A stretch of DNA of 63,870 bases, filler included, from Octopus bimaculoides (lineage: Eukaryota), in the NCBI RefSeq assembly GCF_001194135.2. It is 4 parts of 4 records of this genome, joined end to end, with 100 filler letters (N's around TTAATTAATTAA, not from the genome) between each part and the next. Parts side by side here need not be neighbours in the genome. Positions count along the whole stretch, not along the records: positions 44,748 to 59,246 come from NC_069008.1; positions 59,347 to 63,870 come from NC_068981.1; 2 more parts are not named here. One strand, given 5' to 3'. The notes beneath the pieces are model-generated. The model saw only the letters and a list, made by a program, of their open reading frames with translations. It was not told where the DNA came from and did not search any database. Within the stretch, counting starts at the first letter, position 1, and each line of letters begins with the position of its first letter. The position numbers and the translations under genes are program-made. Below are positions 52,600-63,870 of the stretch, one piece after another.

Positions 52600-53520
52600 A
52601 GGAGAGAGAGAGATTAGGAGAGCAAAGGGAGGGAGAAAGAGAGTAACAGAAAGCGAAGGAGGGAGAGAATAGAAGAAGAGAGGAGAAAAGGAAAAAGAGA
52701 GAAACAGAAAGCGAAGGAGAGAGTGAGAGAGAACAGAAGAAGGGAGAGGGAAAAGAGAGAAACAGAAAGCGAAGGAGAGAGAGGGAAGAGGGAGAGAATA
52801 GAAGACGAGAGGGGAAAGAAAGAAAAAGAGAGAAATAGGAAGCGAAGGGGAGAGAGGGAGAGAATAGAAGATGAGAGGGGAAAGAAAGAAAAAGAGAGAA
52901 ACAGAAAGCGAAGGGGAGAGAGAGAGTGAGTAGAAGAAAGAGAGGGGGAAAGAAGGAAAGCAAAAGAAAGGGAGAATGTAATAGAATAAGCAAGAGAAAA
53001 AGAGAGGTGGAAGTGAGTGAAAGTGAAGGGGAACCAGATAGAGAATGGGAGAAAAAAGGAAGAGAAAGAGGGAGGGAGAAACAAAGAGAAAATGCGTGTG
53101 AGAGTGAGAGTAAAAGAGAGAGTGAGTAGAAGGAAGAGAGAGAGAAAGCAAGAAGAGTGAGAAACAGAAAGGGAGGGAGGGAAGCGATGGACGACAGACA
53201 GAAAGGAAAAGAGAAAGAGAAAGAGAGTGAGAGAAAGAGAAAGAGAATGAGAACGAGTGAAAGTGAATGACAAAAAAGAGAGAGAATAGAAGAGAACGAG
53301 ATAGAAAAAAGGTGGGAGAGAGAAGCGTAAAGAGAAAGAAAGAGTGAGATTGAGTGAAAGAGAGAAAATGTAAAGCAAAAGAAAGGGGAGAAGCAGAAAG
53401 AGGAGTGAGAGTGAGTGACAGAGAAAGAGAAAGAGGGAACAGTAAGAGAAAGAAAGGGAGAAGGAGAACAAGAGAGAGAGGGACACTAAAAGAAACAAAG
53501 AGAAAGAGAGGGTGGATAAG
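52600..53520. repeat. ~920-bp polypurine (GA-rich) tract immediately upstream of ATP5F1D
   Basis: Almost exclusively A/G on the plus strand, with internal diverged tandem units. Confidence 0.9.
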
Positions 53521-53664
53521 CGTAACGTAGCAAGGGAGGTAATAGGACGGTTACTATGAAGTTACTATGAAGTTGGCGAACCTAAAATGCCGATTGTCTC
53601 CCCTTGGTCGTGTCATCCACTGACAAAAGTACACCAATGTATTATGTAATAATTTTAATTTGCT

Positions 53665-54095
53665 TGTTTCAGTCATTAGACTGCGGCCTTGCTGGAGCAC
53701 CGCCTTTTAGAATTTTTAATCGAATGAATCGACCCCAGTACTATTAATTTTTTTTTCTAAAGCCTGGTACTTATATCGGTCTTTCTTTTGCCGAACCGCT
53801 AGATTACAGGGACGCAAACAAACCAGCGCTGGTTGTTGAGCTGTGGCAAGGGGACAGCCAACCACCATACACATACACACGGCTTCCATACAGTTTCTAT
53901 CTACCAAATTCACTCCCATGGTGCAGGCGTAGCTGTGTGATAAGAAGCTTGTTTACCAACCACTTGCTTCTAGGTTCAGTCCCACTGCCTGGCACCTTGG
54001 GCAAATATCTTCATTTTCTATTGCCTCATGCTGACCAAAGCCCTGTAAGTAGATTTGGTGCATGGAAACTGAAAGAAGCCCATCGTATATACATA
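53665..54095. mobile_element. Two SINE fragments in opposite orientation
   Basis: Minus 3' half 53665-53915, plus head 53925-54095. Confidence 0.75.
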
Positions 54096-56516
54096 NNNNN
54101 NNNNNNNNNNNNNNNNNNNNNNNNNNNNNNNNNNNNNNNNNNNNNNNNNNNNNNNNNNNNNNNNNNNNNNNNNNNNNNNNNNNNNNNNNNNNNNNNNNNN
54201 NNNNNNNNNNNNNNNNNNNNNNNNNNNNNNNNNNNNNNNNNNNNNNNNNNNNNNNNNNNNNNNNNNNNNNNNNNNNNNNNNNNNNNNNNNNNNNNNNNNN
54301 NNNNNNNNNNNNNNNNNNNNNNNNNNNNNNNNNNNNNNNNNNNNNNNNNNNNNNNNNNNNNNNNNNNNNNNNNNNNNNNNNNNNNNNNNNNNNNNNNNNN
54401 NNNNNNNNNNNNNNNNNNNNNNNNNNNNNNNNNNNNNNNNNNNNNNNNNNNNNNNNNNNNNNNNNNNNNNNNNNNNNNNNNNNNNNNNNNNNNNNNNNNN
54501 NNNNNNNNNNNNNNNNNNNNNNNNNNNNNNNNNNNNNNNNNNNNCAGCATTGCCTTCTAGCACTTGTGCTGGTGGCACGTTAGAAAATCATTCAAGCGAG
54601 GTCGTTGCCAGTGCCGCTGGACTGGCTCCCGTGCAGGTGGCACGTAAAAAACACCTTTTTGAGCGTGGTCGTTGTCAGTACCGTGTGACTGGCCCTCGTG
54701 CGGCAGACGAAATACCGCTAAGCATTTCGCCTGGCGTGCTAACGTTTCTGCCAGCAACCTTCTTACCATACAGTCACATCTGTGTGTCAATTTTTACAAA
54801 AAAAAAAAAAACTTTTTGAGGAGCAATACTCCAGCATGGTCATGATGAAACATTTAAAATTCGTGAAAAAGAATAAGCAAAAATAAAAGAGAGAAAAAGA
54901 TGTAAAAAAGAAAAAGAAAAAAGCAAACACAGTTTGTCCGGAGACTGGACAGGTTCGTTGACCAAATGTCCAGAGATGAAGTTTATTAATTCATAAATAC
55001 AAACCCCATCCATATCTGCCCACCTCCACTTACCACTCTACACTTCAGATAAGGTATTGGTAGTGGTGGTGGTGGTGGAGGTAATGGTTGGGGGGGGACC
55101 TTTGTTATTGCTGCTGCTGCTGCTGCTACTGTTTGGTCCTAAATCAGCAGAATGAAACGATGCCAGGAATCGAAGGCACTCCACCCACGACCAACCCCCC
55201 TATCTAATTCCAGTCTTGGACTGCGTGTTATTGCTGTTTTGCTCTTCTTCCTCTTTTACTTTCCAGGTTGTTCGTGTGTGCTTTGAAGGAGATTTGGCTG
55301 CTATTTCTAACAGGTCGAGCTACCATGTAGAAGTTTCCCTCATTAGCTTATACACACATATATATTTACATACATATATATATATATACATATACACACA
55401 TGTACATCCATACACTCACCTACACACACACACACACAAAATGACAGTAGGGTGTGATTTAAGTGAGATTTAGCTGCTAATTCTACCAGATCAAGCTGCT
55501 ATGTACATGTTTTCCTCAGTTCACACACACAGATATACATCCATAACAGAGTATGTGCGGTCAATTCAAGAGAAATTCGGCTGCTATTTCTACCAGGTCA
55601 AGCAATATATATACAGGTCACTCTGGACTCATTCATACATATACATATAAACTCCAAAAAAGAGATGTTTATTTAGTGCCCTCATCAGAGGAAATTTGCA
55701 TTAGAAATATGGAATTCCCCATTTGTCAACTGGGGAAAAGAAGTTGACCATAAGCTGATCCGTTTTAGACATGACTGGAACCAATCTAACGGTGATGACT
55801 CCACCTCACCCAAATTTATCGCCAGTTGAATTTTGTCCCCAAATTTTTATTTGCAAAATTAACTGTCCATGATGTATTGCTTCCTCCGTTTGTAGAGAGG
55901 TTACATAGCTCCAGCCAATGAGTCTGATGTGTCGCCTATACAACTGAGTCCTTTATATGTGCAAAACCAATGGTCACTCTCTGACCAGCCATAACAAACA
56001 ATTTCTGTATGTGTGAAAGCAGTGATCAGGGATGGGATCCCAGGGATAAGAACAGTGGAGCTTTCCACTGCTGCAAACCTGTCGGAGAGTGGCCAAGACT
56101 TTGACACTTTGCGCTTCTCGGGCCTGACAACGAGCTGAACCTAGGCTGGATGCTGAAGAAACACACCAAGTTATTGCTGTTACAATATGATGCTGTGTCC
56201 TTCTTTTTTTTTATGATGGCTTCAAATGGGTATTCGGCTGTTATTTCTAGCGTCTTGAACGACCAAAGTAGAGTGACGTAAGGCAGAGGTGTGAAAGTGT
56301 CCACGGGTTTGTTGGAGTTAATAAAAAAATTTTTTTTTTAATTCTTTCTTATTTTGACACAAAGCCTGAAATTTGTGTGGAGGAGGGGGGGGGGGTAAGA
56401 TGATCACATCAATCCCCAGAACTCAGCTGGTATTTCTTGGTGGAATTTTGAATTTAGGATGTTAAAGAGTTGGATGAAATGTCTCAAAGTATTTTATCTC
56501 ACGCTCTAAAGATTTT

Positions 56517-56554
<38 letters not shown>

Positions 56555-56597
56555 TAATAATTATAAATAATAATAATGATAATAAATAATAATTATA

Positions 56598-56633
<36 letters not shown>

Positions 56634-57167
56634 TAATGATTTCATTTATTTGCCAAGAAATAATAATAATAATNNNNNNNNNNNNNNNNNNNNNNNNNNN
56701 NNNNNNNNNNNNNNNNNNNNNNNNNNNNNNNNNNNNNNNNNNNNNNNNNNNNNNNNNNNNNNNNNNNNNNNNNNNNNNNNNNNNNNNNNNNNNNNNNNNN
56801 NNNNNNNNNNNNNNNNNNNNNNNNNNNNNNNNNNNNNNNNNNNNNNNNNNNNNNNNNNNNNNNNNNNNNNNNNNNNNNNNNNNNNNNNNNNNNNNNNNNN
56901 NNNNNNNNNNNNNNNNNNNNNNNNNNNNNNNNNNNNNNNNNNNNNNNNNNNNNNNNNNNNNNNNNNNNNNNNNNNNNNNNNNNNNNNNNNNNNNNNNNNN
57001 NNNNNNNNNNNNNNNNNNNNNNNNNNNNNNNNNNNNNNNNNNNNTAATAATAATAATAAATAATAATGATTTCATTTATTTGCCAAGAAATAATAATAAT
57101 AAATAATAATAAATAATAATAATAATAATAATGATAATAATAATAATTATAAATAATAATGATTATA

Positions 57168-57201
<34 letters not shown>

Positions 57202-57289
57202 TAATAATAATAAATAATAATGATTTCATTTATTTGCCAAGAAATAATAATAATAATAATTATAATAATAATAATAAATAATAATAATC

Positions 57290-58225
57290 CTTTCTATTAT
57301 AGGCACAAGGTCTGAAATTTGTGGGGAGGGGGTGGCTAGTTGATTACATTGATCCCGAAAGGACGACAGGCAAAGTCGACCTTGGGTTTAATAATAATAA
57401 TAATGTTTTCTGCTCTAGGCACAAGGCCCAAAATTTTGGGGGGAGGGGGGGGGCCAGTCGATTAGATCAACCCCAGTATGCAATTGGTACTTAATTTATC
57501 GACCCCAAAAGGATGAAAGACAAAGTTGACTTCAGCAGAATTTGAACTCAGATCATAGCGATGGACAGAATACTGCTAAGCATTCTGTCCAGTGTGTTAA
57601 GGAAAAACCCCTCTCGCCATCTTAATAATAATAATCCTTTCTNNNNNNNNNNNNNNNNNNNNNNNNNNNNNNNNNNNNNNNNNNNNNNNNNNNNNNNNNN
57701 NNNNNNNNNNNNNNNNNNNNNNNNNNNNNNNNNNNNNNNNNNNNNNNNNNNNNNNNNNNNNNNNNNNNNNNNNNNNNNNNNNNNNNNNNNNNNNNNNNNN
57801 NNNNNNNNNNNNNNNNNNNNNNNNNNNNNNNNNNNNNNNNNNNNNNNNNNNNNNNNNNNNNNNNNNNNNNNNNNNNNNNNNNNNNNNNNNNNNNNNNNNN
57901 NNNNNNNNNNNNNNNNNNNNNNNNNNNNNNNNNNNNNNNNNNNNNNNNNNNNNNNNNNNNNNNNNNNNNNNNNNNNNNNNNNCCAAATTATTATAATAAC
58001 AATGATTTCAAATTTTGGCGCAAGGCCAGCATTTTTGAAGTTAGGGGCTTGTCAATTCCATCAACCCTAGTACATAACCGGTACTTATTTCATCGACCCC
58101 TCTAAAGGATTAAAGGTAAAGTTGACCTTTGCGGAATTTGAACTCGGAAATGTTAACACCTGGCAGGAATGTCACAAAGCATTTTTTTTCATCAGGTGCT
58201 CAAACGATTCTGTCAGCTCACGGCC
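57290..58225 (-). mobile_element. Cluster of at least three SINE copies (family of the 430-2640 array) around a gap
   Basis: Reverse-complement cores near 57300, 57420-57600 and 58010-58225. Confidence 0.75.
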
Positions 58226-59187
58226 TTACTTAGGTATTAAATAATTTATTTAAAAAAAAAAAAACAAACAAAACAATAAAATAATAAATATACAAAAAAA
58301 AACAATCAACCATAAACAAAATGGGAAAAAAAAAGACCCTCGACGGACCATGAGCTGGGATTGAAACCAGAATAAGATCTTCGTTTCCGTATAATTGTTG
58401 TTGTTGATTGTTGAGAAGCAGAATGATGTATATATTAAATATTATGCCAAAAATCGTGGAGGGGGTGGTGAGCAAACTTCTTGTGGCGTTACTGAGATTT
58501 GAACCTCTGACCACAGATTTAATTCAATAGTAATGTTGTGGTAATTGTTGTTGCATTTGTGTTCATCGTTTATAGTCTCAGGTCAGTCCTGCACCAGTAG
58601 ACATAGTGTATCTAGGACTACATTATATAATGTTCCTCCTTCTTGCTCTTTAACCCCAGGTCAGACATGACCTAGTAAGCCTATGATCAAAGATTTCCCA
58701 GCCATGACCATCCCATCTTTTATTCAGACACAGTGTATCTAGGACTACATTATCTGATGTGTCTGTTTTTGTCATTGTTCAGCCCCGAGTCAGCAATGAT
58801 CCTCCAGACATGTCATCAAAGCCATTCCAGACATGACCATCCCATCTTTTATTACCCTCTTTTTTTTTTGTTTTCTTCTTAAGACGAAGGCATGTGACAG
58901 GAGGGAGATTTGACTGCTCTTTCTTGCAGGTTGAGTGATCGTGTGTTTGTGGAGAATCAGAGCGAGTGAATGAACAGACAGACAAATAGAAAGATAGAGG
59001 AAGGTGTTTGCGTACACACACATATACATACATACACATATATACACACACACATGCATACTTTATATATAAAGATATATATATAGACATACATACATAT
59101 ACGTGTTTATATGCACATACATACATTTATATACATTCATATATATATACATATATATACATATATATATATATAAATATATACATG

Positions 59188-59219
<32 letters not shown>

Positions 59220-59230
59220 TATATAAATAT

Positions 59231-59346
59231 AGATCGGAAGAGCGTCNNNNNNNNNNNNNNNNNNNNNNNNNNNNNNNNNNNNNNNNNNNNTTAATTAATT
59301 AANNNNNNNNNNNNNNNNNNNNNNNNNNNNNNNNNNNNNNNNNNNN
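59231..59346. other. Illumina adapter remnant (AGATCGGAAGAGCGTC) followed by a synthetic scaffold spacer
   Basis: 59231-59246 equals the start of the TruSeq adapter and abuts the N run. Confidence 0.9.
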
Positions 59347-59421
<75 letters not shown>

Positions 59422-59549
59422 TGTGTGCTTATATATGTATAACGTAAACGATATCTCCTTATTTCAATTAAGCCAGTCTGTATGTAGCTATTAAGTAAAT
59501 AATATCATTGCTCATAAATCAAATATGAAACATAAAAAAGAACCAAGCA

Positions 59550-60353
59550 ATGGAAGTTATGAGTAACCCTCAAATAAAGTTCATCCAATCACCAAAATGT
59601 CTGCTCAACATTATTCAGAAACCATTAGGTAAATTTTGATCGAGCAGTCTTATGACTTAAGGTATGGATTAATCAACTGTAGAATAATTGCTAACTCTGT
59701 GTCACCGAAATAATTTCATTCAATTAAACTAATCTCACAAGATGTATAAGATAAATTTTGCAGGCAATAGTATAAAATATCTCTAGCAACAGTTGATAAT
59801 TAGATACAAAAGACATTAGGGGTTGTAAATTTATCAATGATAGGGTTTCATTTTAAAACAAAAAGAAAAATACTGGTACTTCTTGAATTTACAAATGAAT
59901 AAGTCCTTAATGATCGATTATACGTCGTTATCATTAATCAAGAACTCGTAAAACTAACGGTATTTTTCCATAAAACTTTTATAATACCGTAACTGTGGAT
60001 ACAATCAGAAATTTTCATCGTAAATGGTTGCTAAATATACAAAGGAAATATAAATGACTTGTTACAATTAAAAGATCGTTAAAAATATATTCATATCTAT
60101 GCAAAAAAACGTTCTTGAAAATAAAAACAAAACTTGTTTTTTTCCTCCTTTTCTTGCTAAAATTTTTAACATTCATGTTTAATTTTTGTGATACAGATTT
60201 TCAACTGATGGAAGGATTTTTTGTTTGGAAACGCTTTAAGAGTTTTGTCTATGCAATACTGTTTCTTCTTTTCTTTATGAATTTCCTTACAATCAGCAAA
60301 AGGCCGCAGTTTCCTGATGGCAGAAGAGCTGTGGATCTTTTACGGATCTACAA
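59550..60353 (+). CDS. Candidate two-exon start of an unknown membrane protein (59550-59628 + 60197-60353)
   Basis: GT/AG sites with matching phase 1 give MEVMSNPQIKFIQSPKCLLNIIQKPLDFQLMEGFFVWKRFKSFVYAILFLLFFMNFLTISKRPQFPDGRRAVDLLRIYK, with one hydrophobic segment. No family recognised. Confidence 0.3.
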
Positions 60354-61289
60354 GTAATTTTCTCTCTTTGCCAAATTCACCAACAGTGCATTGGTCAGTC
60401 CGGGGCTATAGTAAAAGACACTTGTTCAAGATACCGCGCAGTGGGACTGAATCCGAAAGTATGTGGTTGCAAAGCCAGCCTCTTAGCTCTACAAACCCAT
60501 ATAAAATCTTTATTTCCCTTTGAAGTAATAATTTCTACAGCTAGATTCATTTCCTCTTGCCAATCACTAAATCCTGAAGCAGAACTGAGACCTGAATTTG
60601 ACAATCTTGAAAAGTAGATGGCGCCGGATGGCATCTCAGGTAAGTGTTTTCTATATTATACTTCGACTGATTACATACTTTGCGAATAGAATATACTAGG
60701 TTTTAACAAGGCGTTTCTATCGTCAAGTAGAAATTCATAATTTTTTTTTGTTTTATGTATTCGTAATTGTTTTGCATTTGTAGGTTTTTACCTGTTGCGT
60801 TGCTATTGTCCCTGTTCGTAACCAGAATCAATTTGTTGCAAAAGTTGAGTAGTCCAAGAGCAAATCATAAAGGCATTTCTCCGAATTCATTTTTCAAAGC
60901 GTTGTAGCATCAGTCTCGACAGTGATCTTGGGAACAAACGTAGAATCTCAGACCAGCAAAAATGTAAAAATTCTTTCAACTGACAAATATAAAATATTAC
61001 AATGATATAATTAATAGCTTTTTATATTCCATATCGGCGGAGTAACAAACTTCTTTCAGTTGTGTTACTTTGATTTCAATTGGTAACATCAACAGCTATT
61101 TGAAAACAATTGATTACATTGGGTACACCATAATAAATGACAACAAGCACCTAAGTTTGTAGCTAAATCAGTCAAATATGCAGTTTTTGTTTGTTTTATG
61201 ACACCAAAACTTAGGTTCCAATTGTCTCCATTATTGACCCATGATTGTTAATAATTGAAAACAGGTCACAAATCAAGATTTGATCCGTC

Positions 61290-61810
61290 TTACCTCAAAG
61301 AATGGACATCTATAAGAATATATATTCTCTGACTAAGAATCCAAAGTTGGTTTATGTAAGATATCTTTTTAACATATTTCAACATATCCAAGAGTAGGAG
61401 ATCGCAACAAAATACCCAACGAACAAAAAAGACCGTAAAGCCCATGGAACCCCAAAATGCAACCGAACATGTAGATTATATCACATTTCTGTGGACGACA
61501 TGACACATAGCCAGCGGCTGTCGAAAAAGTGTTGTCAAGATACTACTTTCCAATGCGCCATGGCAGTGTCACTAAAACAACTTACAATGCCATTCGAGAA
61601 AAGGTCTGTCCTGGGGTAAATATGGAGGATCTTCTGTTATTGAATGTGCACATAAACCTTGGAATATGGGTGGAACATTTCTACCAAAATTTCTATCACG
61701 TAATAGCTCAGATATCGCAGTTTGGAACAGACAAGAAAATATATGTACCGTGCGAGAGCTCTGCTGCCTTGCTGATGTGAATATAACCATCGCTTCGAAA
61801 ATCAAAGAGG
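61290..61810 (+). mobile_element. RLE LINE remnant
   Basis: MRHGSVTKTTYNAIREK..IWVEH..QFGTDKK..CCLADVNI, RH..V and endonuclease-region-like, frameshifted. Confidence 0.55.
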
Positions 61811-61914
61811 AAAAGGAATACTACGGGCAACTGCTTTGAAACGTTCAGTTTTTCTGCTCAGACTATAAATTCACATTGATACGAATAATAATTGGTAAAT
61901 TAGGTTTTGTCTTC

Positions 61915-62250
61915 TAGGCACTCCACCGGTTAAGACGACGAGGGTTCCAGTTGATCCGACCAACGGAACAGCCTTCTCGTGAAATTAACGTGCAAGTGGC
62001 TGAGAACTCCACAGACACGTGTACCCTTAACGTAGTTCTCGGGGAGATTCGGCGTGACAAGGCTGGTCCTTTGAAATACAGTTACAAGAGAAACAGGAAG
62101 AAAGAGTGAGAGAAATTTGTGGTGAAAGAGTACAGCAGAGTTCGCCACCCCACCTGCCGGAGCATCATGGAGCTTTAAGTGTTTTCGCTCAATAAACACT
62201 CATTACGCCCGGTCTGGGAATCGAAACCACGATCCTATGACTGCAAGTTC
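61915..62250 (-). mobile_element. tRNA-headed SINE (family of 46366-46740)
   Basis: High identity to 46366-46740. Confidence 0.85.
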
Positions 62251-62829
62251 GCAATGGTGTTGCATTTTCTCTCAAATTCTTCAAATTTATCCATATTCTG
62301 CTCCAGTCGGGTCGCTACGTAACCTGTCGCTCCAGTGCTAAGAAGTATGAAGATATCACTACGTTCTCCCTGTTTAAAGATGTCTCTGAAGTCATATCCA
62401 TAATTATTTATCCTCATTAGGAAATTAATTCACCTAGTTAAGAAATTTAACCATGTATTTTCTTTTTAGCCCAGAGGGGCAATGGGGATCGAACCGACTA
62501 ATTTCGCAATATTTACATTTCATCATGAATCCTTCCCTTCTTTTAGCACCTGATAAATGTAACACCACTTTCAGGTACATATACATACACATCCATACAT
62601 ACCCACACACATTATTTATGTTGAAATATGTTAAAAAGATATCTTTACATTATCCAATTTTGCATTCTTAGTCAGAGAGTAAAACTAAGAGGTATTTTTT
62701 GAAGACTATACATAGATACTCAGATAGGTTTCGACCACATTGGCCCAAGCCATAGCTAACTTAATTGCACCACCTAAAAAAGATATTTGGCAATGTATTT
62801 TTGCATAGTTATTTTTAGGCACCATTGCC

Positions 62830-63125
62830 CATTCGATTAAAGAGTTGTTGTTTGCAGCAACATATATCCGGGTTTAGGTGGTTTATCTGGAATTTGTTGG
62901 AAATATTCATCCAGGAACTTTCTGAAGGTTATGAAATCTTTTTCCTCCTTTACATGTTTTGGAATGATGTTAAAAAGAGCAGTGTCCAGTTGAGGAGAAG
63001 TAGTTCTGTCTTAGTGTTGTGATGTACTGAGAGCACGATTTCTGAAGGGGACGCATATCACAGGAACCAAGCCTTGGGTGAATTTTAAAAGTGATACCGA
63101 TATCATTTGGGCAATACTCTCGGAA
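62830..63125 (-). mobile_element. CR1/L2-like LINE 3' remnant
   Basis: Homologous to 6350-6680 (FLDEYFQQIPDKPPKPGY). Confidence 0.65.
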
Positions 63126-63129
63126 CAAT

Positions 63130-63360
63130 TTCCACTAGCAAACTCCTTATGAATGGTTGATAGACATATTTTCTCTCCTGTATTTTCCCAGCGACTTCAG
63201 GGTCCAAAATGGCAGCTGATTTACGCAACAAAGCATACTTTTTTCCTGTAATCCAATACAACAATATCTGGCCGGTTGTATTTTAATTTGGTAGCTGTTT
63301 TAACTTTTGACTCATCAGCCACAATATAGTCAACATTGTCTGAAGTTGTATGTCTTTGAG
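63130..63360 (-). mobile_element. RLE endonuclease fragment
   Basis: VKTATKLKYNRPDIVVLDYRKKVCFVA*ISC (NRPDIV, PD-D/E motif). Confidence 0.65.
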
Positions 63361-63807
63361 CATGTAGCTAGGTACGTATGTGTTTGTGTATGTGGCTAGG
63401 TATGTCTGTGTGTCTGTATTTATGTGTTCTTATAGATTGAAGTTGGAAATTATCTGATACGCAAATAACCGTAATTTTTTCGGATGTGTATATTTTAAGC
63501 ATTGTAAATTACGATTCTGCACAAAAGCGGAAAATAACTTATTAAAATGCAAAGGACGCTGCGCCAGGCACAACATACTTATGCTATGTAACTTATTCAT
63601 TCTACGTAAGCAAAGCCTACAACTTATTATTTTTATTTTCATTTCACAATCTGTGCACAATAGCATCGTTGATTGCGAGTTTATAATGTTCCAATCATTG
63701 GTTCACAGCAATTGCAACGACGAGCGTGACATAGAGCAGTTTGTAAATTTCTGTATCTCCTTGGAAATACTCCCACATACACACGTGCGCGTGCATAAGT
63801 TCATACA

Positions 63808-63862
<55 letters not shown>

Positions 63863-63870
63863 GTATATAT

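Noticed and set aside
52282-53498. Long minus-strand ORFs of 217-294 aa rich in L/S/F
   Set aside because: Stop-free by composition (CT tract); only 52344-52478 in another frame is real coding sequence.
55880-56170. GC-richer block with several short ORFs
   Set aside because: Stops in all plausible frames, no recognisable motif or coherent splice pair.
56521-57290. Three copies of a ~40-bp motif within (AAT)n around a gap
   Set aside because: Likely overlap duplication from assembly of a low-complexity region.

Overview
AT-rich, microsatellite- and transposon-dense animal genomic DNA. It most resembles an octopus/coleoid cephalopod draft assembly (inferred from repeat content; no database check was possible). 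Two host genes are well supported, both on the minus strand: a complete four-exon mitochondrial ATP synthase delta gene (ATP5F1D, 165 aa, 47729-52478) and one internal coding exon of a Wnt2-type ligand (14786-15021), whose other exons were not found. The rest is mostly SINEs, decayed non-LTR retrotransposons (RLE/R4-Dong-like, Tx1/L1-like, CR1/L2-like, Penelope-like), Tc1/mariner remnants, simple repeats and assembly gaps. The most notable unexplained structures are: (i) three fold-back inverted repeats at 16.1-18.0 kb, two carrying minimal type I hammerhead-ribozyme motifs, probably inside Wnt2 intron 1; and (ii) a triplicated ~85-150 nt element with conserved base-pairing in ATP5F1D intron 1. 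There are weaker candidates for two unannotated plus-strand membrane-protein genes. Three synthetic 100-bp scaffold spacers and an Illumina adapter remnant limit conclusions about long-range linkage.
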